The notes beneath the pieces were generated by a model, which made no database searches, had not been told where the DNA came from, and worked only from the letters and a program-made list of their open reading frames with translations. Shown one piece after another: positions 37,717 to 48,852 of a stretch of 64,000 nucleotides of DNA (position 1 is the first letter of the stretch; the number at the start of each line of letters is the position of its first letter). The DNA is from Octopus sinensis. Its lineage: Eukaryota. The stretch is taken from assembly GCF_006345805.1 (NCBI RefSeq), contig NC_043026.1:13247579-13311578 (forward strand), in the 5' to 3' direction. A program made the translations under genes and the position numbers.

Positions 37717-38022
37717 ACTTTTTTTATTCCTTCTCGAGCCATTCCTGGCTCATAAGGGCCGGTTTCCCGGTTTCTTTGGCGTATAGGTTCCCCACCTGGA
37801 TGGGACGCCGGTCCGTCGCAGGTGAGCTGCAAGATGCAGGAGGAAAGAGTGAGAGAAAGTTGTGGCAAAAGAGCCACCAGAAATTCGCAATTACCTTCTG
37901 CCGGATTCGCAAAGAGCTTAGGTGTTTCACTCATAAACACACACATTGCCCGGTCTGAGATTCGAACCTGCGATCCTTCAACCCCGAGTCCGCTGCTCTA
38001 ACCACTAGGCCATGTGCCTCCA
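37717..38022 (-). mobile_element. Same SINE insertion in the 3' UTR of A copy 4
   Basis: Same TSD CTCAGTCT and near-identical sequence to 29376-29681. Confidence 0.88.
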
Positions 38023-38074
38023 CTCAGTCTCCTTATAGTGTGTCCAACCAGTTCTTGTGAGGATGAAAGATCTT

Positions 38075-39238
38075 TTAGGGCACTGCAATAGCACTGTGTA
38101 CTTTTTGGTGAATAACAAGACTTGTTCTCCCAGAAAACATATTCCCACACGTTTTACACATGAAGCGTTTATTATCCCCAGTATGAATCCTTTTGTGAAC
38201 TATAAGATTAGAACTATCAGAGAAACATTTCCCACACGTCTCACAATGGTAGGGTTTCTCCCCACTATGGATTCGTTTGTGTCTCTTCAAATGACAATTA
38301 TTCTTAAATGACTCCCCACATGTTTCACAACGATAGGGCCTTTCTCCTGTGTGTACCCGCCTGTGTGTTGCTAAGTTACCATGAGAAGCGAAATACTTAT
38401 CACATGTTTCACAATGATAGGGTTTTTCGCCAGAGTGTCTCCTTTGGTGAACCACAAGACTGGAATTCGTATTGAACGATTCCCCACACATTTTACAGCA
38501 GAATGGTTTCTCTCCACTATGAATCCTCCTGTGTGATTTTAAAACGCTTTTAACATTAAACGATTTGCCACAGAGATCACAGGTGTAGGGTTTCTCTCCC
38601 GTATGTACCCTCACGTGGTTTGTTAAATCAGATTTGATCACAAAACTTTTCCCGCATATATCACAGTGAAAAGGCCTTTCTCCACTGTGTAGTCTTTGAT
38701 GAGCTACAAGAGTAAAACGATGACAGAAAGATTTACCACATATTTCACAATGATACCGTTTTTCACCCGTATGGATTCTTACGTGAACTACAAGATCATA
38801 TTCTTCAAAGAATGTTTTCTCACACGTTTCGCAACGAAATTTTTTTTCTGCGGAATGTATTCGTTTGTGCTTTGTTAAATAACGTTTACAGACGAATGAC
38901 TTCTCACATACTTCACACTGATATGGTCTTTCTTCACTGTGTAATTTTTTATGATTTGTTAAATTACTATTAGTAGCAAAATATTTCTCACACGTTTCAC
39001 ATCGATATAGTTTCTCTGTTTTGTGTATTTCTCTGTGCGTTAAAACTTCCTGTTCTGAAGAGAATGTTTTCCTACAAATCTCACAGCGATATTCAGGAAT
39101 ATTCCTTTTATCTAATAACATTTCTTTAGATTCATTAATTAAAGGCTTTTCGTCGCTGAATGTCCGTGTAACTGTTTCTGTATCGGTCTGAACAGTCGGG
39201 TTAGAAGTGTTCAACCGATTAATGTCCTGCATTTTCAT
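38075..39238 (-). CDS. C2H2 zinc-finger protein, family A copy 4 (387 aa, 12 fingers)
   Basis: Intact ORF with 12 fingers; ends HSAIAVP like copy 3. Confidence 0.93.
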   Translation of the reverse strand: MKMQDINRLNTSNPTVQTDTETVTRTFSDEKPLINESKEMLLDKRNIPEYRCEICRKTFSSEQEVLTHREIHKTEKLYRCETCEKYFATNSNLTNHKKLHSEERPYQCEVCEKSFVCKRYLTKHKRIHSAEKKFRCETCEKTFFEEYDLVVHVRIHTGEKRYHCEICGKSFCHRFTLVAHQRLHSGERPFHCDICGKSFVIKSDLTNHVRVHTGEKPYTCDLCGKSFNVKSVLKSHRRIHSGEKPFCCKMCGESFNTNSSLVVHQRRHSGEKPYHCETCDKYFASHGNLATHRRVHTGERPYRCETCGESFKNNCHLKRHKRIHSGEKPYHCETCGKCFSDSSNLIVHKRIHTGDNKRFMCKTCGNMFSGRTSLVIHQKVHSAIAVP

Positions 39239-40852
39239 TCTTCAGAATTCCGGAATATATTAATATATAACGATCCAGTTCCTTGTCTTGAATCTCATAA
39301 GAATTTTGATAACGTTTGTGGAAAATATGCAATGCAGATATATATTCTATTCGCTACGAAAATGCAGATTGTCAACTGGGTCGTCTCCTTTCTCCTTTAA
39401 GAGATGTGGCTATAGTTTAATAAAGGCAAAAACGATTTTAGAGAGAGATCATAAATGACAGGTAACACAACTTCAGGTGAACATTTTGTTTTTTCTCACA
39501 GCTTATAACAAAACAATCCCTTAGCATAATAGTAAATCATTGAAAGACAGGGCGATGCAATTTTCCATTAACGATTGTAAGGTGCGCGCAATGATATTCC
39601 GAATGCGTTACAAACAATCGACGATGTAACTTCATTTATGATGGAATTAATTAATGATGAAGGTGATAGAACACTGACCCTGAAACATGTAGGCAATCGG
39701 ATGTCGTCCACAAACATTAATGTGTCCTCGTAATATAATTATTACACATTATAACAATTAAATTGCCGAAACGATGGATTTATCGGTGACATAGGTTAAA
39801 AGTTCCCAACAAAATTTAGTACATTCAAAAATGCCATTCTTTCAAATGATCCAACCCGTTGTTAATCAAAAGGCATTTGCCAGCAAAATAATTAGTTATC
39901 AACGAAATAGTCTCTTCGTGCTCCCTCAGCCTGCGAAAAATAGCCACCGAATTTGCCTCAAATCCAAAGCAATGTTTTTGTTTGGTGCTATTCCATGTAT
40001 GTGAAACAAAAACAACATTTTGTTTAATAACTTACATAAAAACCATTAAACTAAAATAAACATTAATTAGGCCGTTAAGTTTGTTTTCACTTTTGAACAC
40101 GTAGATTTTAGCTTTGGATTCATGATTTGAGGCAAATTCGGTGGCTATTTTTCGCAGGCTGAAGAAGCACGAAGAGACTATTTCGTTGATAAGAAATAAT
40201 TATTTTGCTGGCAAATACCTTTTGATTAACAACGGGTTGGATCAATTGAAAGAACGGCATTTCTGAATGTTCTAAATTTTGTTGGGGACTTTTAACCTAT
40301 GTCACCGATAAATCCATCGTTTCGGCAATTTAATTGTTATAATGTGTAATAATTATATTACGAGGACATATTAATGTTTGTGGACGACATCCGATTGCCT
40401 ACATGTTTCAGGGTCAGTGTTCTATCACCTTCATCATTAATTAATTCCATCATAAATGAAGTTACATCGTCGATTGTTTGTAACGCATTCGGAATATCAT
40501 TGCGCGCACCTTACAATCGTTAATGGAAAATTGCATCGCCCTGTCTTTCAATGATTTACTATTATGCTAAGGGATTGTTTTGTTATAAGCTGCGAGAAAA
40601 AACAAAATGTTCACCCGAAGTTCTGTTACCTGTCATTTATGATCTCTCTCTAAAATCGTTTTTGCCTTTATTAAACTATATCCAAATCTCTTAAAAGAGA
40701 AAAGAGACGACCCAGTTGACAATCTGCATTTTCGTAGCGAATAGAATATATATCTGCATTGCATATTTTCCACAAACGTTATCAAAATTCTTATGAGATT
40801 CAAGACAAGGAACTGGATCGTTATATATTAATATATTCCTGAATTCTGAAGA

Positions 40853-42178
40853 ATGAAAATGCAGAACATTAATCGGTTGAACACTTCTAACCCGACTGTT
40901 CAGACCGATACAGAAACAGTTACACGGACATTCAGCGACGAAAAGCCTTTAATTAATGAATCTAAAGAAAGGTTATTAGATAAAAGGAATATTCCTGAAT
41001 ATCGCTGTGAGATTTGTAGGAAAACATTCTCTTCAGAACAGGAAGTTTTAACGCACAGAGAAATACACAAAACAGAAAAACTATATCGATGTGAAACGTG
41101 TGAGAAAGATTTTGCTACTAAGCATGCTTTAAGGAAACACAAAAAATTACACAGTAAAGAAAAACCATATCAGTGTGAATTATGTGAGAAATCATTCGTC
41201 TGTAAAAGTTATTTAACAAAGCACAAACGAATACATACAGCAGAAAAAAAGTATCGTTGTGAAACGTGTGAGAAAACATTCTTTGATGAATATGATCTTG
41301 TAGTTCACGTAAGAATTCATACGGGAGAAAAAAACTATCGTTGTGAAACTTGTGAGAAGTCATTCAGTCATCGTTTTACTCTGGAAGCTCATCAAAGAAT
41401 CCACACCGGTGAAAAACAGTATCGTTGTGAAACTTGTGGTAAATCATTCTATCAACGTTCTACTCTTGTAGCTCATCAACGAATACACAGTGGGGAAAGG
41501 CCTTTTCACTGTGATATATGTGGGAAAACTTTTGTGGTCAAATCTGATTTGAAAAACCACGTGAGGGTACATACGGGAGAGAAACCCTTCACCTGTGATC
41601 TCTGTGGCAAATCGTTTCATGTTAAAAGCGGTTTAAAATTACACAGGAGGATTCATAGTGGAGAAAAACCCTACACCTGTGATCTCTGTGGCAAATCTTT
41701 TACCGTTAGCAGCAACTTAAAATCACACATGAGGACTCATACTGGAGAACGACCATTCTGCTGTAAAACGTGTGGGAAATCTTTCAGTGAGAATTCCAGT
41801 CTTGTAGATCACCAACGGAAACATACTGGGGAAAAACCGTATCAGTGTGAAATATGTGATAAGTATTTCGCTTCTAATAGTAACTTAAGAGATCACCGGC
41901 GCATACACACAGGAGAAAGGCCCTATCGTTGTGAAACGTGTGGGCAGTCGTTTCTAACTAATTCTAAATTGGAGAGACACAAACGAATCCATAGTGGGGA
42001 GAAACCCTACCATTGTGAGACATGTGGGAAACGGTTCTCTGATAGTTCTAATCTTGCAGGTCACAAAAGGACACATATCGGGGATAAACGCTTCATGTGT
42101 AAAACATGTGGTGATTCGTTTCCTGGGAGATCAAGTCTTGCTATTCACCAAAGAATACACAGGGCAATAAAACCATGA
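40853..42178 (+). CDS. C2H2 zinc-finger protein, family A copy 5 (441 aa, 14 fingers), inverted
   Basis: Intact ORF, 28 aa longer than copy 1; head-to-head with copy 4. Confidence 0.93.
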   Translation: MKMQNINRLNTSNPTVQTDTETVTRTFSDEKPLINESKERLLDKRNIPEYRCEICRKTFSSEQEVLTHREIHKTEKLYRCETCEKDFATKHALRKHKKLHSKEKPYQCELCEKSFVCKSYLTKHKRIHTAEKKYRCETCEKTFFDEYDLVVHVRIHTGEKNYRCETCEKSFSHRFTLEAHQRIHTGEKQYRCETCGKSFYQRSTLVAHQRIHSGERPFHCDICGKTFVVKSDLKNHVRVHTGEKPFTCDLCGKSFHVKSGLKLHRRIHSGEKPYTCDLCGKSFTVSSNLKSHMRTHTGERPFCCKTCGKSFSENSSLVDHQRKHTGEKPYQCEICDKYFASNSNLRDHRRIHTGERPYRCETCGQSFLTNSKLERHKRIHSGEKPYHCETCGKRFSDSSNLAGHKRTHIGDKRFMCKTCGDSFPGRSSLAIHQRIHRAIKP

Positions 42179-43120
42179 AACTTTGAAATCTGTGGAAAAT
42201 ATTTTCGATAAACAGTGATTAAAAACGATTCCACATTGTAGAAAAACCGTTCTAGTGTTCATATACACAGTGACATTAGAGAAAGGCATTTTCACTGTGA
42301 AATCTTTTAGCACTAATGGTCCCTTAGAAAGACAAACAAATACACACAAGCGGAAATTGTTTTAACAGACATATGTAAGGAAATTTCTTACAGTCCCCCA
42401 ACATTGAAGAATATCCATTGTGGTCATGTGTTGTAAGAATCAATCTTTTACAGATTTTATCTGAGAAAAAAAGCCTTTATCTGAACCCTTTAGCACTCAC
42501 ACCTGACATCTACATCAGTCACGTGATTGTTTACTTTTAGAATGAGATTGTAGGGTAGGTGTGAGAAGAAGGAGTTTGCTGGTTTCAACATAAAGACGGA
42601 TACAGCTAGTGTAACCCGCTAGCTTTCAGATTCCTGTGTCAAATGTAATGCTTATTTATTCGCATAGTTTTCAATTAATCCTGCATTATCTCAGAGCTTT
42701 GAAATTTTGATGATGTGATTGTATATTTTTACTATGACATTGTAGAGCAGATGTGAGAGGTCAAATCTGGCCTGTTTGAGCATAGAACAAGTAGAATATT
42801 TGGGCGGGCCAGATGCGGCCAGTTTAAGTGCTGAAGGGTTAAAGTGTTTGGGAAATCCATTACTGTGAATTACAATGAGATCCTGATTAGATTAGTACAG
42901 GGGTTAATAAGAAAAATGCAAGGGTAAAGCATTTGTCTCCAAAATTTGTGGAAAATTATACATTCAAAAGCCATGTTAATCACAAGCAAATATGTTCAGA
43001 AGAAAAATATTCAAATTATTTGTTCAGAATATTCTTTGTAAATCTTTTAGCATTAATGGTCCCTTAAAAAGACAAATACATACAAAAGGAAAATCTTTTC
43101 ATAGCTGAATGCAAGGAAAT
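42179..43120 (+). pseudogene. Fossil finger fragments downstream of family A copy 5 (interrupted by a MITE)
   Basis: KP*NFEICGKYF, ERHFHCE, KSFSTNGPLERQTNTH, KICGKLY and CKSFSINGPLKRQIH in broken frames. Confidence 0.6.
42486..42838. mobile_element. piggyBac-like MITE (possibly composite)
   Basis: TGAA|CCCTTTAGCAC...GTGCTGAAGGG|TTAA. Confidence 0.65.
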
Positions 43121-43215
43121 TTCTTACACAACTTCAGTCACTCACTCACACTCTTAGCTGCACTCACCTGGCTCTTGTACTTACATATATCTTCATCAGT
43201 TATTCCTTCATAGTA

Positions 43216-44980
43216 TTGTTTCTGAGCCTAACCATCAATATAAATGCAGCACGGCTACTTGACAGAGAGCATTGGGTTAGAGCAGAGAGAACAGTGAAAG
43301 ACAGCAGAGATGAGGCAATGAGTATCCATAGACAGATGCTGACAACAACCACAATGAACGATCAGCAACGGCAACACAACGACTCTCATTTCACTTTCTC
43401 ACTGTTGTAACAATAACATTTCAACTCTTTTGACATTTTGTCATTCATAGCACAGACATTGCTTATATTTTTGTGTAGGAAAAAAATAAAATTTTGTCTA
43501 TCAAAAATTGCAATGGATTCAGTATTCTTTATACATCATCATCTTAATTATTATCCTTTAACATAGGCGTAGTAGTGGCTGTGTGGTAAGTAGCTTGCTT
43601 ACCAATCACATGGTTCCGGGTTCAGTCCCACTGCGTGGTAGCTTGGGCAAGTGTCTTCTACTATAGCCTCGAGCCGACCAAAGCCTTGGATTTGGTAGAC
43701 GGAAACTGAAAGAAGCCCGTCGTATATATGTATGTGTGTGTGTCTGTGTTTGTCCCCCTAGCATTGCATGTCAACCGATGCTGGTGTGTTTACGTCCCCA
43801 TCACTTAGCGGTTCGGCAAAAGAGACCGATAGAATAAGTACTGTGCTTACAAAGAATAAGTCCCGGGGTCGAGTTGCTCGACTAAAGACGGTGCTCCAGC
43901 ATGGCCGCAGTCAACTGACTGAAACAAGTAAAAGAGAAGATAAAGATCTGTTTTCCATGCTGGCATGGGTCGGATTGGCTGGCTGAAGCTAGAGAGCTGC
44001 ACCAGGTTCCACTCTGATTTGGCTTGGTTTCTATGGCTGGATGCCCTTCCTAATGCCAACCACTTCACAAAGTGTATTGGGTGCTTTTAATGTGGCAATG
44101 GCATGGACACGTTTACATGGCACCAGCACAGGACTGTTGCAGGCTAATCCTTTTCACCAGGCAATGGTGGCTCATTGATAAAATCAGGAGGGTTGCTGCT
44201 TCAGAGAATTTTTAGCCGTTGGTTTAATATAGTAACAAAAGAGTTAATAGCAAATTACTTAAATATTAAACTTTTACACAAAACTGAGTTGAACAAGTTT
44301 CAATTTTTTATTTAAATCTTTAGCATTCACATAATTCTTTCAAAACTAATGCAGATTCATCCACATCGTTTTGTATTAATCCTGCGTATCCTGTAGCTTT
44401 GAGATTTTGATGAGGAAACTAAATTTTTAGAAAGATATTGTATGATAGGTATGAGAGGCCAGACCCGACCAGTTTGAACATAAACTAAGAAGAATGTTTT
44501 GGCTAGATACGTCCAGTTTAATTGCTAAATGATTTAATCTTCCGTTGTGCAAGATTTTTTATATGAAATCGTGTGTTGAAAGAGATATTGTTGTATTTCG
44601 GATGGTCATGTTGCCAGTTTAGCCAATAAAAACACACACCCTTCAGCTTCTTGCTAGCCTGGTTATTAATCGTATTAATCAGTTTTGTACATATTTTTAT
44701 ATGTTAGTATAAAATATGTAAAATTTGTACACCCACATTATATTAATTTAATATAGAATAACGAAAGAGCTACTTTAAAAAGTATATGCTTAACTATACT
44801 TTAAACTGGCAGATTTATAAGACATGCCATGTACCTCCAAGCAATCTTTCGGGTTCTGTTCGTAGGTTTTTTTAATACCAGGACGCTGGATGCTGAGAAA
44901 GTGAAGAAAAAAAAACGAGACGAAAAAAGCCTCTTTGAGTGGGTGACTGATATTGTTTACCAATACCGAAAAATTGCCAT
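43216..44980. repeat. Inverted near-identical duplicate of 17789-19960
   Basis: Mirror ORFs (19093+/43847-, 19175-/43768+); lacks the 18182 SINE. Confidence 0.9.
43565..43940 (+). mobile_element. SINE family 3
   Basis: Reverse complement of 19222-19590. Confidence 0.85.
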
Positions 44981-45010
44981 GGCAATCTTTCGGTAGTGGT
45001 AAATGATATC

Positions 45011-45424
45011 TATTTCTTTACTGCCCACAAGGGTCTAAACACAGAGAGGACAAATAAGGACAGACATAGGTATTAAGTCGATTACATCGACTCCAGTGTG
45101 TAACTGGTACTTAATTTATCGACCCCGAAAGGCTGAAAGGCAAAGTCGACCTCGGCGGAATTTGAACTCAGAACGTAGCGGCAGACGAAATACCTATTTC
45201 TTTATTACCCACAAGGGGCTAAACATAGAGGGGATAAACAAGGACAGACATAGGTATTAAGTCGATTACATCGACTCCAGTGTGTAACTGGTACTTAATT
45301 TATCGACCCCGAAAGGATGAAAGGCAAAGCCGACCTCGGCTGAATTTGAACTCAGAACGTAGCGGCAGACGAAATATCGCTAAGTATTTCGCCCGGCGTG
45401 CTAACGAGTCTGCCAGCTCACCGC
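45011..45424 (-). mobile_element. SINE family 2 dimer
   Basis: TSD AATGATATC / AACGATATC (45002-45010, 45425-45433). Confidence 0.85.
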
Positions 45425-46354
45425 AACGATATCATTCACCCACACAATCATCCCGCATGATACAAAGAGGGTAGTCTGAAAAACAGGGTAAATGACGTTG
45501 TCTCCTCATTGCCTCAGTCTGTATACCAGTAACTAAGGATCGCCAAAAACATTACATATATTGTTTACAATTACAGTTTCTACAACGAAAGTGGACACTC
45601 TTGGTTTCTTATTCTTTTCCTTATACTCGTTCCACTTTTTGCATCAACCTTTTATCTTTTTTGCGTATTTTTCCTATTGTTTTTATTTCTTCTTCACTTT
45701 TTCAGCATCCAGCTTCCTGGTATTAAAAAAAAAAAAAAAAACGTACGAACAGAGCTCGAAAGATTGCTTGGCGATACATGGCATGTTTTTATAAATCTGC
45801 CAGTATCGTTAAGCACGTACGTTTTAGTAGCTCTTTCATAATTGTTTCTTAAAATCGATATAACGTGTGTGCAAATGTTATATACTTTATACGAATAGAT
45901 AAAAAAATCGTATCTTTTCCATCTCAGGCACAGATGAGATCCAAATCAGCTGTACAAAACTGATTAATAAGATTTAAACTACTTAGTAATTAAACTGGAG
46001 GTATCTGGCCAAAACATTCTTCTTAGTTTATGTTCAGCCTGGTCTCTCATACCTATCATACAATATCTTTCTAAAAATTAAGTTTCCTCATCAAAATCTC
46101 AAAGCTAGACGATATGCTTGATTAGTACAAAACGATGTGGATGAATAAGCATTACTTTTGAAAGAATTATGTGAATAAAGATTTAAATCAATAATTAAAA
46201 CTTGATCAACTCCGTTTTGTGTAAAAGTTTAATATTTAAGTAATCTGGTATTATCCCTTTTGTTACCATATTTCTGTTGAAATACACAGTTAATGCTTCA
46301 GTTAGTTTTGACAACAGTAAAGAATTTATTAAAAACAGTCAAAACTATATGCGC

Positions 46355-46740
46355 ATGAGTGGTTGTGTGGTAAGTAGCTTGCCACATGGTTCCGGGTTCA
46401 GTCCCACTGCGTGGCATCTTGGGCAAGTGTCTTCTTCTATAGCCCCGGGCCGACCAACGCCTTGTGAGTGGATTTGGTAGACAGAAACTGAAAGAAGCCC
46501 GTCGTATATATGTATATATATGCGTTTGTGTGTCTGTGTTTGTCCCCCTAGCATTGCTTGACAACCGATGCTGGTGTGTTTACGTCCCCATCACTTAGCG
46601 GTTCGGCAAAAAAGACCGATAGAATAAGTACTGGGCTTACAAACAATAAGTCCCGGGGTCGATTTCCTCGACTAAAGGCGGTGCTCCAGCATGGCCGCAG
46701 TCAAATGACTGAAACAAGTAAAAGAGAGTAAAGAGTATAT
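46355..46740 (+). mobile_element. SINE family 3
   Basis: Near full length. Confidence 0.82.
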
Positions 46741-46986
46741 GCAATAACCAGATGTAAGCACCTTGTCTATATATACAGCATTATTTTTGGACAGAAAAAT
46801 AAGGTGGCGAGCTGTCAGAATCGTTAGCACAGTGGGCAAAAAATTTTTGCATTTCATCCGTCCTTATGTTTCGAGTACAAATGCCCCCCGGTGTCACCCT
46901 AGTCTTTCGTACTTTCCGGGTCGATGAAATGTGTATCAGTTGCGTACTTGTACCTAATGTAGAAAGGGTTGTTATTATTATTATTA

Positions 46987-47450
46987 AGGTAGCGAGCTAG
47001 GTAGAATCGTTAGCAACCTGGACGAAATTCTTAGCGGTATTTCGCTCGTCGCTATGGTCTGACTTCAAATTTCTTCGAGGTCAACTTTACCTTTCGTCCT
47101 TTCAGGGTCGATAAATTAAGCACCAGTCAATTACTGGGGTGGATGTAATCGGCTTATCCCCTCCCGACAAATTTCAGACCCCGTGCCTATAGTAGGAAGG
47201 ATTATTATTAAGGCGACGAGCTGGCAGAAACGTTAGCACGCTGGACGAGATGCGTAGCCGTATTTCGTCTGCCGTTATGTTGTGAGTTCAAATTCCGCCG
47301 AGGTCGACTTTGCCTTTCATCCTTTCGGGGTCGATAAATTAAATACCAGTTACGCAATGGGGGTCGATGTAATCGACTTAATACCTATGTCTGTCCTTGA
47401 TTGTCCCCTCTGTGTTTAGCCCCTTGAGGGTAATAAAGAAATAGGTATTT
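46987..47450 (+). mobile_element. Two consecutive SINE family 2 copies
   Basis: Two heads (GCGAGCT(A/G)G...CGTTAGCA), each followed by the core. Confidence 0.75.
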
Positions 47451-47451
47451 C

Positions 47452-47851
47452 GGAATGTTTTCGGTTTGAACGGCAGTTTTTTCTAGCGGTGTCATATGAA
47501 ATTGTCACCCATAATTATGACCCTAGTATCGATCTATTGCATTTCTATCTGTTTTAGGGTTAGGGGTGGGGAAGGGTATCTTTTTTTTTTCACAAATGTA
47601 AATAAACCCAATCTGTTTCTTAAACGAGGGACATATTCATACGGCACAATGTTTTCACCCCAATAGACGTCATTGATTGGTTGAAATTGCAGAAAAAAAA
47701 CGACAAATGTCTTACAAACTATAGAATTTTCTCAATAAAGCCAAGAGAAAAAGATGTTTTATAAACACATTCTACCAGTATACGAAGTTTAAAAGTGTTT
47801 AGTTACGTGGAAATTATTTTAAAAAACTGCCGTTCAAACCGAAAAGATCCC
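47452..47851. mobile_element. Merlin-like MITE type 1 (opposite orientation, left TIR degenerate)
   Basis: Reverse-complement match to 5902-6317. Confidence 0.75.
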
Positions 47852-48214
47852 GACTCAATCCTAAAATAAAATGGTGAGAGTTATTTTGAACATTGTGTCA
47901 TTATTTTATCTGTCACTTGTTTCGGTCCTTTGACTGCAGACCATGCTTGGGTACCGCTTTGAGAAGTTCTTCGTCGAATGAAACGACCCCAGTACTTGTC
48001 TTTTTAAGCCTAGTACCCATTCTAACGGTTTCTTTTACCATTTGCCGAACCGCCAAAAAAACAACAAATATCTTACAAACTATAGAATTTTCTCAATAAA
48101 GCCAAGAGAAAAAGATGTTTTATGTAACACATTCTACCAGTATACGAAGTTTTAAAGTGTTTAGTTACGTGGAAATTATTTTTAAAAACTGCCGTTCAAA
48201 CCGAAAAGATCCCA

Positions 48215-48325
48215 GAATTGTTTTATAAAGGAGAATATTGGCGGAAGAGCGACAAGACAAAGAAAAGCGGTTTGGAAGCTGAATGAACTTTTATTGAGCT
48301 TACGCAGAAGAAATACAGATATATA
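48215..48325 (-). pseudogene. Orphan degenerate family-B promoter relic with no gene body
   Basis: Aligns to 53700-53800 and 60185-60290; motif decayed to TGAGCTTACGCA; cut on the left by a MITE end. Confidence 0.55.
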
Positions 48326-48852
48326 TATATATACATTGTCATACATACAAACTTAAATGAATCGAAAGTGTCCTAAGGGAAATAACTCATAAAAGTCAAT
48401 TAGATGCATTTCTATAGACGCAGACGTGGCTGTAAAGCTGAGAAGATTGCTTTCCCAACCATGTAGTTTTACGTTCAGTTCCACTACTACACAGAACATT
48501 GGACAAGAGTCTTCTATAGCCCTGGGCCGAACAATGCTTTGTGAATAGATTTGATAGACGACAAATGAAATGCTTATCTTCAGTCGCATTGTTTCCATAG
48601 ACGTATTTGTATACGCATCGTAACTTTTAGATGTAGGTTTAGTTTATCTAGCATATAGATCTCCTATGTTAGGAGTATGTGTGTCTGTGGAGTGCTCAGC
48701 CACTTGCATGTTAATGTCACAAGCAGGCTGTTCCATTGAATGAATCAACTGAAACAATTTTTGCTGCAACCCAAGGTGAGTCAGGCCACAGTCCAGCAAT
48801 ACATACTAAGGAAATTTTGCAGATGGAGATGAATTTTCTAACTTCCATTGGT

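Larger units (their letters stand above)
21224..38074. repeat. Collinear segmental duplication: 21224-29733 versus 30898-38074
   Basis: Shared ordered blocks (upstream block, ORF1 element, 24898-25290/35155-35550, hAT relic, piggyBac MITE, 3' flank) with copy-specific insertions. Confidence 0.85.
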
